Assembly: GCA_002633005.1 (NCBI GenBank)
Contig: NMRA01000014.1
Span: 149,150 to 213,149, forward strand
Direction: 5' to 3'
DNA: 64,000 nucleotides
From: Phoronis australis
Lineage: Eukaryota > Animalia > Phoronida
The translations under genes and the position numbers were made by a program. Below, piece after piece: positions 35,166 through 46,900 of the stretch (position 1 is its first letter; every line of letters begins with the position of its first letter). Below the pieces are notes generated by a model. It was not told the origin of the DNA, did no database searches, and saw nothing but the letters and a program-made list of their open reading frames with translations.

Positions 35166-38100
35166 ACTAAACATTCATTGAACTTTCATTGGAAACTCAT
35201 TGCAGAAACACGCTCACACACTCGTTATTTTCGAGAAATTCCACAGTCGCGAGGTGGAAGGAGCAGGGGCGCTGCACCCATAACGTAGTTCTTCTCTTGT
35301 ATTGTATGAACACCGCTCATAGGCTTGGTAATCTCAATTCACGGACTCTAAACACAGCTCACTGATATGGCTTACGGGCCTGGGGGTTCGTGTAGTGAAT
35401 TTGTTAGTCGTTGAACTGTTTTGGGGCGCGTAAGCCGTGTTTTGTTAGTTCGGCACCGTGTTTGACGAACGGTGAAGCGTATTTGCGAGTCCGTGCAGAG
35501 GTTCTTGAGTCGGTAAACAGAGTTAATTGGTCGATGAGTCGTGATGTTAATTATCATGTCGCGTACTGGTCTGCCATATGTTGGTGTGCTATTTCAGTTT
35601 GTGGCAGAAAATGATGAGGCCTGATTTTAAACTGTTAGTTTTCGACTATTTCGGGTGAAATCGGTGGACCATGACAGTCTTGGACTTGACTAGTCAGATA
35701 AAATATCTACCGTCTGGTTAACTCTGTGCCCCAAATTATTTTGGATAATTCAGAAACGGATCCCATCCCATTTTTGAGAAATTTTGGATTTTTAACAACC
35801 ACGCAAATAGGATTCTTGTACGTTTACCTTGCCCACTTGGCTGTTTACCCATGGCTTTACAGCTCCAGCAGAAAAAAATGAGCTGAAAACGGAAGGTGTT
35901 GATATTTGTAAACCCGCCACTCCGAGGATTAGTAAAAAAGAACGGGCTGGGCAAACGAACCTGAATTTAGGCTAATTGTTAATTTTGAAAGATTGGCGAC
36001 TTGTGTTAACATTGGTTGGTGCCAAACAACGGACAGGCGGGTTCATAAAAATGTATTGGCTGCACAAAATCAGGCACTCCAGAACTTATTAAGAGTAATG
36101 GTCATATTTTCATGTCATCAATTGCTTACGTTACGATAGAACACGGGTTTGGTTTAAGGTCTTGTAAGACCTATATCGACAAGTCTGTTTGTTTAGCCAA
36201 ACATCTACAAAGTATAGATTTTAACTCTGTAACAATATACGTTGTTTCGAATTATAAAGCCTTGATTTTCAACTTCATACGAATATCCCGTCAATTGGGT
36301 CTCGCGAGTGGCAATGCCTTTTCAATAAATTTTAGCAACAAGAAATTCATATAAAAATAAAACAACGCTAACAATAGAATTGCCAAATTTGGTTTGATAT
36401 AAATGTTTAAGATGGAATCCCAAAAAAACGCTATTAGAGTTTCTAAATCATGTCGTTTTCGTTTTATGCAATTTTTTAAGTTTTGTTTTTCGGAAAAAAT
36501 AAACAGTTCTATTTTTGATAACCTTTCATGCAAACGTGGAGCAATTTAACAGCAATTCCTAAAATCTTTTTGGAGAAAATTATGTGAAGTATAGTATATG
36601 ATAGTTTCATATGAATCTGCATGGCCATTTATGAGATAAGATGTTTGGACATTTTTCTAGGGTCCTACATTTATGTAACATTAATGTCTTTTGGCTCACC
36701 CAGTACCTGCCTTGACGTCACTTTGATATGGACCAATCGACGTACTCGTGTGTATCTGATAATTCTGCAGCTGACTGACGTCGCCACAGCTGTAGTGTTA
36801 ACGAAGCAAACGTTGAAGCCTTATTCAGTTCCAAACAGATCGATAGTCGGTGACTAAAAGGTAGGTCATATATTTACGCAAAGTCGTGCATGTTCATACG
36901 TTTTTACGATTTTAAATGAATACGTGTTAGTTATACTGTAGGAAGGTGTTTTGCAACTTTGTACATTAAGCGACGTTGGCCGTGCTACTGAAATCAGATG
37001 TGGCTGGACACAATTTGAAATATCATGTCTTGGAAAATTTCCATTGCATTTTTCACGTCCCTCCCTCTATGACAAATAATGTTTGATAAAACAATCAGTT
37101 TTGTAGACCAGCCAAACCCATCTTATCTCAGCGATGTTTCATTGTTAGTTTCTGGTCTTATCAGAGTTTGTGATAAGCCGCGTATTAGATCATTGTTTTA
37201 CCTTTACCGTATCTGTATGCAAGACTGCTTTAATAATTAATCACATTGCGGTATTCATTGCATTACTACAAACTAGGCGTTGCTGCACAATAGCTGCGGC
37301 AGAGGCACCAGTGTCCGGCGGTTGCATGAAACAGCCCCTAACATAAACTCGACTAATTAAAGTTCTCTAAATCTTATGCATTTGTATGTAAGTTTACTCA
37401 CAAATCATTTATTTCCAGTCATTTATCTTTATTATGAGCTCCCATTTGGCCAACGACATTTTCTTATTACATATCTAAAGACTGAATCCTTATTTCGGTG
37501 AAAATAAATAGGGACTTGGTCTTAATTTTAAATTAGGGGAAATTCCCCCATTTATTTTCAAGTAATATTAAGAACTGTACGAGGAGTTTACTTTCAGTGT
37601 GTTACAAAGCTAAAACTGACAAAGTGTTTAAGACAACACAGCTATAGAAAAGACAATCGATGTTAGCGCAAGTCCACAAAAGCGAGTTAAGAACGTATGT
37701 GCCCGAACTAGTTGGCACTGGACTCAGTCCATGTCGCCAGAACGCTGGCCCCAGGACAGTTTAGTATTTTCTAAGTTCCACTGAGTATTTCAAAATCATT
37801 AGTTTTACGGTTTCACCGACAGATTTCACAGAGACGCACAGGTTCTTGTGATATGTCCCTCGTCATTTGCCTTGCTGGCGTCTTTTTGTGCTTTTTCAAT
37901 CGGCAGCACGTCATTACCTCTTACTTTATGTTTTCTGTCTCTCATTTGTTGTTATTTTCGGATGCGTAAGAAGATTGCTAGACCTTTTCATGATCGTGAC
38001 AAGTAGGCCTCAGCGGTAGGCCTAACTTCACCTTAATTTCTACAGCGATGTCGCGTGGCATTCACGGCTGGTGACGTGTTCACTGACAGATTAAGGAATT

Positions 38101-40549
38101 TTTTAGTCTCTCAAACAAACGTCTAGAAGTTTTGTGGTGCTTTTATTTAGCTGAGGAACCATACAGTTTCCTGCTTTAGTCGTTTCTCTTGGTTGACGTT
38201 ATTGATCAACGTTGGGCAATCCAGAAAATGCTGTGTTGTAAGTTGTCTCACTCATCCACGTGGTATCTTATCGGCACAGAATTGATTGGTGGTGGATGCT
38301 TTTCTATTGCATTCTTCTTTTATGGAATCCCAACGCCTTGACTTCTGTTCATGTTTTCTGATTTATGTTATCAGGTCAAACCGGCGTAGAAAATAGACCG
38401 CAATGTGACGCGAATTAAAGATCGGTTGTCTCGGACTGGATTTTGCCCCGAGTTCACATCGTGACATCCTAAAAGATCTCACTGATCAACGCGACTTTCA
38501 GTTATCTCCAACACGGAAAAAATAAACGAATGTATTTCAAAGATAACAGTATGAATAATTTGAAGACTGAGAGTAGTGTCATTTTGCCACTTATTAAGTG
38601 CTGGGTGAGATTTTAATCTTTCCCTCACTATGTTTGGTGTCTCAGGCAAGATAAATGTCACGGTCTCTAATTACTCGACATTAATTTCTCACTAGTTTTT
38701 CATCCGCCGCGTTAGTTATCACTTTTGCCCCTTTGGCGTATGCCATAAATTCGTTAAAGTAACCCTATACTTTAAAATGAATAAACCACGTGGTCATACC
38801 TTAAAACGCATAGTTATTTAGATGTACAAAAGTGTTACGTGACTTTCGTGAAATTTTCTTTTCATAAACGATTGTGTGACTTGGCAAATTCTTTAGTCAC
38901 TGAGAATATCAATAATATATGTCTTCATGGTTTAAAAATGGACAGCATAGAGTTACTTGATGAAATGTGAAAGGAATTCACGCATGTTGACAATTACCTT
39001 GAAACTCTAAAGCATCTCAGCTTTAGTACAAAAATATGTTTCACCATTGACAAGGTTAGGCCCACTTGTGTTCCAATTAAAGAAGAAATTCTTCACTGAT
39101 GTTTTTAAATTTCCTGTCACTATAATGGAAAGTAACGCCATTACAGACTGTAAACATCATCCCCAGAATTGAAAGCATAGCGGCTTAGTGCTTATGGCTG
39201 TACTGACATTTATGATGCTGGTTAATTATCGGCAACCATATGTTTGTACTGTCAGACAACCCTTACATGTTCATCTCATCGTCTGCACACCGCGTGAGCA
39301 CACCTGCCGCGCTGATATCATCCCCAGCATAAGATATGTAGAGCTAAGTAGTAATATTTACACGGCTTGCTTGATACGCCATGATGCTGCCAGCCGCTAA
39401 CGAGACTTCAATGCCTGTCGTTAGCAGTACGTGACGAAGATTATTTTCGACGTGACCTCAAACGATTAAAAAGAATCATGATAATTAGACACAACCAATA
39501 TTATGCGAATCTTTTACGTAATACGGCTGTACAAATTGTCTTATAGGCAAAAAGTTAATATGTTACATGTATTTTGAACGTTTTCATGGCGACCAAAACA
39601 CGTTACGTTCTTAGTGTATGAAAGAATAAACGAAAGATGTATACATAGTGTGTCAAGGCAATTAACCCATTCTCATTTGCAAAATATAAAATTAAAATTG
39701 AAAGCCTGTGAACGGTCATGTGCTTATCTTTGTTTTCCATATGTTGCCAGATATGTTACTGGATATGCTCCCAAGGTCAAACAGCAATCGCTGTAGAAAA
39801 ACAAAACTTGTGCACGGAAATCGAGTCAGCTTATTCATGGGTCTGCTGTCAGTTCCGTAAGTTCACCGCAGTACAAAAATTAATGATCGTCAAAACCGAC
39901 GTTTGGTTCATGCAGAAATTTCCTATACGAGCAAGAAAGGTGTACTTATGAGGTGTTTAAATATTCTGATCTTTTATTGTTTTCAAGTTGTTTATTGTAT
40001 ACGCTGTGTTGTCAACAGAAATGTACTCACTCGAGTGACCGTGCAATAAGGAACATTCTGATTTTCCAAATCTAGATGTACCCTATAGAAAAAGCGTTGA
40101 CATTGCTCTCTGATGACGGACCATAATGAAAAGCCGATTAATTAGTTAGTCGTTTTTATTCTCTGTGGATTATGATTCAGACTACATTTATCGATTGGTT
40201 GCTTTCCGTTATACAATGCAGGGTTACGATCAATGTACCGTTGTTATGATCATAAAACTAGCATGCAACGTCGAAATCCCTTCAACAGGGCCGGCAATGA
40301 CCAATGTATCAAGTCATTTATGTAGTATACAACTGTTTTGTTCGTATAATTGTATCGAGTTGTGATATCATCTCAAATAAACACGCTTGCTTAGATAGTC
40401 AATTGTAGCACTCTCTTGAACAAAAAGCGCCATACAGGGTGTTTCAAATGGCAAGTGCCATCACGTATCGGCTGCCTTATGAGTTTTGCCTAAGTACTTG
40501 AGCGTGCAAACTTTCTAATTTTAAGGCCCGTTAACATTGACACACGTTT

Positions 40550-40875
40550 TGTTAAACAAACTCGACCAAGCTCAAATTTGGTCAAGTTTGCAAACAAAAG
40601 TTTGCCAGTGTCGAGGGGTTGCCAACCAAGACCAAACTAGTTTGCTGGAGATAGCGAAGTTTGGTCACGCACATTATTTCGAAAGCTGTTTGGTGAAGTT
40701 TGGTGAATAATAACCAACCAGCGAGCAGTGTAAAATCAGTGATTTTCAGTGTTCAAAATCGAAGTCTCCATACGGGAAGTTTGGCAGAGTTTGCTAGTGC
40801 GGAATGGTTGCCAAACTCATCAAAACATTACCAAACTTTGAATTTGGATACAAAAGTTTGGTAGTTTGCTGGTGT
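40550..40875. repeat. Degenerate AAGTTTG(G/C)/CAAACT repeat tract
   Basis: More than 12 short motifs in both orientations, immediately upstream of the toxin exon acceptor; probably a decayed MITE. Confidence 0.5.
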
Positions 40876-40935
40876 GGACGGTCTTTTATGTGTTAATTGG
40901 CTAATCCTTCGCTCTCTTTTAATTTCAGGATCAAC

Positions 40936-41691
40936 ATGGATATTCTTGATTTGGAAGAAATTGTAGAAAAATGGGCCTGGAAGATGTTCGAGGTGACTAA
41001 GTCGAAGGAGCAAGCGAAAATACCACGTGACGCATTGATGATGAACATAAACTGGAAACGAGTGAAGTTCTCTCACAGTGAACCGCAGTACAATGACCAG
41101 ATTAAACCGGAGCAGCCCAAAGCACAAGTCCTCTTTAAAACTAATTTCACGAACAACACCGGCTTAGAGCAAGAATACAACTTTAAGACGGAGCGCATCA
41201 CACGATCAATTTGCGAGGTCGAGGTCGAAAAGGGCGTGTCAATCGGCTACGAGCTTAACTGCAAGTTGCAAACGCCTTGTTCTGTTTTCGAAGCAAGTGC
41301 TGGGTTTAAGAAAGACATCGAGGTTCGCGACACTCGAGGAGAGACAATCGAGGAGGAACTTATTTGGTCCGTGGATAGTTTAATAAAGGTCCCAGCCAAA
41401 CATAAAGCCTTGGCAGAACTGGTCATTAATGAGGATGAATTCCATGGAAAGTTTGTAATCAATAGCCGGTTCTATGGAAATGTACATGTTACTTTGACAA
41501 ACTTAAAAGAAAATAATGTGCTGGTGAAGGCTATTGATGGAAACGTTGCGGAGATATTCAAGAAAGAAATAGAAAGTGGATTGAAAGGGTTTCGTATTGA
41601 GAAGAACGTGGTTTGTTTCGACACGACTGGACATTGTCATTTTAGGTTTGGAATTGAACAGCATGTTCATATCCACCAGGTGGCACTATAA
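40936..41691 (+). CDS. Aerolysin-superfamily (ETX/MTX2, LIN-24-like) beta-pore-forming protein, 251 aa, one coding exon
   Basis: Clean ORF from ATG 40936, preceded by a polypyrimidine/TTTCAG acceptor, which implies an upstream 5' UTR exon. Motifs VLFKTNFTNNTGLEQEYNFKTER, an alternating-polarity beta-hairpin (EVEVEKGVSIGYELNCKL...FEASAGF) and WSVDSLIKVPAKHKALAELVINE fit the ETX/MTX2 fold. No N-terminal signal peptide is visible. Confidence 0.8.
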   Translation: MDILDLEEIVEKWAWKMFEVTKSKEQAKIPRDALMMNINWKRVKFSHSEPQYNDQIKPEQPKAQVLFKTNFTNNTGLEQEYNFKTERITRSICEVEVEKGVSIGYELNCKLQTPCSVFEASAGFKKDIEVRDTRGETIEEELIWSVDSLIKVPAKHKALAELVINEDEFHGKFVINSRFYGNVHVTLTNLKENNVLVKAIDGNVAEIFKKEIESGLKGFRIEKNVVCFDTTGHCHFRFGIEQHVHIHQVAL

Positions 41692-42609
41692 CGGAAAAGC
41701 AGCACACAAAAGACTCGCCGTGGTGCGGGATTGTGTAGATAGATAGATAGTAAATTATGGAACAATAATTATCTATATAGAGCTTTTTGATTCGAAATCC
41801 TTGTGACAATAATCTAAAATCGATGGAGTGAAGACATCAGCAGATTGCTTTTGATAGTGGCAAACAAAATTCTTCTCACCCGTCATCCCCCGCTACGGAC
41901 ATGAGTACCGGCTGACACGAATGTGGGTTCAGTATGTGGGTACAGTATATTTCCATCACAAAGGATACTCTTATAGAATTTAAAAATAGCAAGAATGTGA
42001 CAATACGTAAACTAATACTGGAAATTTTTAGAACCCCCCACCCCCAACAACATAAACCCGCCGTGGGAGCTCTTTCAGAAATGAGGACGGAAAAAGCCCA
42101 GATGGGGGAACCCTTTCGGGCTCGTTTCGTATTTCTGGCACGGGAAGAAGACATGAAAAATGTGGCAGGAGTGTTTTTCCGCAATTTTTGTCCTTAAAAG
42201 GAAGTTTCAAATATTTTAAGTTCATTGATGATTTGCCAAAGAAGGCGGTGCTGGACTATTCTATATAAATCAAATTGGAGACAAAGTGAAACCTGGATGG
42301 TATTTTAAGTCCATGACTGGTGTTTTTTCGAGTCTCCGTGATATTACAGGTAACCGATCCACCTTTAAACCAAAACCCCGAAAGCACGAGGCTATGTTCT
42401 GCTAGCAAATGACCAACTACTTTTAATTACCTCTGACATTTACCGCAAATCGATCAAAAATGTTTTATCTTAATTCGGGGATACTTGTCCATATTTTTCG
42501 AAAAAGCCTATTGTGGACTTTTTGAACGCAAATTTACTTCGCGAAAATGAATGTTTCCTAGGGAGCTGTTTCGGAAATGCGCGATCCAAGTCAGTGTGGA
42601 AACAGGATA

Positions 42610-42750
42610 ACGTTATGCTTAGCAGTTGATTCAAAGAGTATATCATTCAGAAGGTCCTGGGTTCGAGTCGCGGTCGGACTGATATTCATTAGGTCACGTG
42701 ATGTGGCCAACAGATAGGCGTGCAGGCACGACTTAAATGTTTGCAACATA
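42610..42750 (+). mobile_element. tRNA-derived SINE, second copy
   Basis: Pol III B-box GGTTCGAGTC at ~42659; same body as 25590-25730. Confidence 0.55.
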
Positions 42751-43999
42751 TTTCCCACGCCATATTGAGATTGACATATTAATATATACCATTCTGGTTC
42801 TTGGGTGAAACCTTTATGTAGTGAAGTGAAAATAAACAAACGAAGTGTAGAAGTGTAGTTTTGAGAAACCTTTATAGACATTGCGTTTCAAAATATATAT
42901 ATATGTAATGAAATTCACAGCAGCCATCTGCGTCTTTCCACATCTGAAACAAGTAAATAAAAGAATTTATAGCCAACTTAAAGTTCTGAATATATCTAGC
43001 ACTACCACGAATCTTTTTAAAACGTTTTATTTTTCGGGCGCTTGTCGCTCACGAATCATACTGCGTCTTCTTCTGGGGCACTTAAGGTTGTTTCAAAGAC
43101 TGTCAAAAATGAAGTTGAAGTTGAAAGTTTGTTGCTTTCAGTTCTACAAAAAGAGCATTATCAGGCGACGTAAATGCTGGTTGCACTTAAAAACTAACAC
43201 TTCTGGCCACAGCAGCCTTCAGAAATTAACAGCCAGGGTTTTTACAAAAAATCCTGTCTTTATTGGAGGTGACAAATAAAACTCGACTTTAACTGCGACT
43301 AAGTTTAGTTGGGCAATTTCGAGTTAGTATGGGTTATCGTGAACATGGATTGAGTTTTAAAACGTCAATCATTAATATCTTTATAATAAAACAGGCAACA
43401 AGCATTTTAAAGTGGCAATAAACCGGAGTTCCGTCAAAGAAACTAGATCTTGATTTAGACCACTTACCGCTACTGATAAAATTGATCTTAACTTGTTCCT
43501 TGCTCAGATGAAAGTGGTTATTGATCTTGCATAAAACTGACAATTCAATATTACTCGAGACCATGCTCGGCGAATAAAGTGACCCGCCGTGACAAGTCGA
43601 CTTGTAGAGCCTCGGTCTCAAGCGCCAACGAAATGTCGCTTCTCTCCAATCCCAAAAAATCCACCCATTTTGACTGAGGAAGTTTTTGACACCAATGTCA
43701 TATCCGCAAGTAATATAAATCAATTCGAAATTGTCGCTTGTGATGGGAAGTAGCTTTGCAGCCGCTTTAGCCCAAAATTCGTGAGTAATTAAGCTAGTTA
43801 GGAAAACAAGGGAAGTCGATTATGTATCATCCAAATCAGTACACTGCAAGTAATTCTGAGGCGATACATAGCCTTTTTTAAAAGACATCTTAAACGCATC
43901 TTAAAAGATACGTTCAGACATGGTTCGGTGCCATTTGAATTCAAGCATCTTTCTCACAAAATACGTCACTGGCATAACAGTTGAAACAAACCTCTGTAT

Positions 44000-46900
44000 T
44001 TAGAAACAGAATCCCTTGGAAACGATTCTCAGTTCTGGTCGTTGACATTTTGCTTTCTGGAAGTAACACCTACAAAATGGGCAAAATGAATTAGTTGTAG
44101 AAAGAACGCTGCCAAGGTTTTATGCACGGCTATTAAAAGATGGTTTATTTATAAGCTCGACGTGTATTGAACACATCTTGATTGTTATGGCAATGATAAA
44201 ACCGACATAGATGCTAATTTAAAACCAAATAATATAACCTGTAGAATGAGGGAGCATTACTGCCTCAGACAACTTCGTTCCTTAGCCGGTGGGAGTAGAA
44301 TTAAAATGTACATAATGCTTTGGCGGAAGTGAAACGTGAGCACGGGGTTAATTTCTGAATGATATTCGAAATCGAACGTCAAGTAATTATTTTTGACATG
44401 GTCCATTCTTTTTTAATACATGTACGAACTAGAGGTAGGTATTTAGTTGTGCTCAAGTGTATTATGGTTTACAGTACGCAGATGGATGTCTAGTCCAATT
44501 TCTCACCTGATCCCCGCTTTAATTCCATTAGTTTAAAAACTCGAGTGAAAACTTGATCTAGCTTTAATGCTGGGTTATCAAGTTTAAACTAGACAGTGAT
44601 TCAGGTATACTATAATATATTCGAACACAGAATAATACACACCTTGAGTGGCGTACTAAAGAAGAACAGAAAATGTAAAAAATAATTACGAGTTCGATTA
44701 AGTACATGTACTAAGATCAGATCCAGGGGGGCTTTGATGATGTATTCTGGGAAATCTTTTCGCTGTGGCTAATGTTTTCCCAGTGGAAATGACCTCGATG
44801 TTTTGGGTCACGAACGAGCAAATGACCGCCACTGGTTGATAGTGGCTACACGACAAGGGTTACAAAGTAAATGTTCACGATTTCAGATACATAAGCCACC
44901 CGCGGCCGCAATAGTGACTAACGTTACTGAGTGTGTCCATGAAGATTTGACTCAGTGCTCCACGTTTGCTTAATGACTAGCAGAGTACGTACTGGTTCCT
45001 ATATGTTGCTCTGTCGCTTCCACAAACGTAGTCCATTCGCCACGAACATCTTTGGCCTTTCAACTTCATACACATCTGTTTGAATTTCATATCGTCGTCA
45101 CCGTCGCCGCTACCATCACCGTCACCGCTACCATCACCTGAGCCTTCCGTGCACTTTCCGACGACTAAACTTTTGTCGGCACAGCGAGCTTTCTCAAAGT
45201 CACACCTGAGAGAGAAATCAGAGAGTTAAGGTATAGTGAAGGGCCAGGTACACAGACTTTCATTCTGCACACACCTCGTCCAAACAGATGGTCTCATACG
45301 ACTTAAGAATTGTGTTTGTAATAAAAAGCCAATATAAAGGTCGAACGAGCCCCCCATTTGGCGAAATGGGCAAAAAGGTCCGCCTCAGTCAGAGACACAA
45401 AAATTCCGAAGAAGTAGAGAACAAGACAAAAGTCAACTAAATATGGAGGAACTACCAAAATTCGGCGAATGCATAATTCATAGCTCTGAACGTACCCAGT
45501 GAATGTTAGTAAAAGGTCCACATCTCAAAAACTCGAAAAATTAGGCCAACTCTCGAATGTTTTGGGTATGATGGTGACCAAGTCTAAAGGAAAACGCAAG
45601 CGCTTTGTTACATACTTTGTGAAGTAATCAAGCTAACATGAATGCGTTACGTAGGCGAAAAGAACTTGAGAAAAACCTTGACCACGCAAAATCTCGCGCG
45701 TTTCGCTAGTATGTTCGGGAGCTTGCTTCGCTCGTACCAGTGGCAGACTCGGATGTATAATTTCGCGCTGTTACTGTAAAGGCATGTCTACTTATGGCAC
45801 ATAATTTACGTTTTTATTGTTATGAGTAGTTGCGGAGGTAGGGACCTCTAATATTGTTAAAACGGCCCTGGTCGCCCATTCATATTTTGTCTTCTGTATA
45901 AGCACGTATTCGGGCGCTTATACCCGAAGTTTCGCCTATATCCGGAATGAGGCGCATGCTTGAAAGTGATGGCCCCGTTATAGGTGATGACCATTTTTGC
46001 TGAATGTTGTGAAGAAGTTTGCAAACAGTATACAGTGTAGACTCGCATGCACTTAGGCGTACTGCATGGCACTTAATCTCGAATAATTTTGTTTTTCTGT
46101 TGAAAGCTGTTGACGAGGGGGAGGGTAGGGGGAAGGGGGAAAGACGGAGGGAGAGGGTGCGAGGAATGAGGTGCAGAGGAGNACAAACATAGGGGTACTT
46201 GAAAGTCATCCAATACACCAATAAGCCTAAATTACAAGGCAGTCACATATCTTAATTTTGTCTAGAAGGGGACAAATATGGGGTTGTAAAAGTGGCCGAG
46301 GAGAGTGGGTCGGACTGTCAAGGCATTTCTCTGAATCCGCGCCTGCAAGAGAGCAAGGAGGATTGTATCTTATTGTTTTTAGCTCTGGTGTTCATGATGT
46401 TCTGTTCGAAGTATGATCGAACCAAGTGGCTGTTGTGCTGTTCCAACTCCACTACATGGGTTTTTAAATAGGTCGTATGAAACAAAAATGGGACACAATT
46501 TATACGAGACCGTGAACCCATGCGCGCACCCAGCCTAAAAATAGGGGGGTTTGAATTTTTTGGTATGCGGACATTTTACTGAAAAAAAATCAACGAGGAC
46601 TAAAAACACGGGGCATCCGCGCCGGATTCCTGTGGACTTTGTGGACTTTCGTTTGCTCGGACTTTTTGTTTCATTGAGGCGGACCTTTTTGCCCAATTCG
46701 CCAAATTGGGGGGGCTCGTTCGAGCTCCCCGGGCCCCCCCCCCCCGCGTGCGCCCATGGAACCTATGACCTCTGCATGGTGACATGCACGTTTGCGCTCG
46801 CGTATAAAGTGTACCCGAAACTCTCTATGTACGTACTTGTTCATGTACGACTTGTTGTTTTGGTCACAAACTTTGGCCTTTCCGAAAATACCACAGGTCA

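Noticed and set aside
42610-42690. tRNA gene
   Set aside because: Only a B-box is evident and I cannot build a cloverleaf. The downstream body is shared with another dispersed copy, so it is a SINE.
45880-46221. Cys-containing ORF (KCHAVRLSACESTLYTVC) as an additional Kazal exon
   Set aside because: It lacks the Y-x-N motif and a matching donor, and the gene already splices in frame without it. An N nearby (46182) leaves slight uncertainty.
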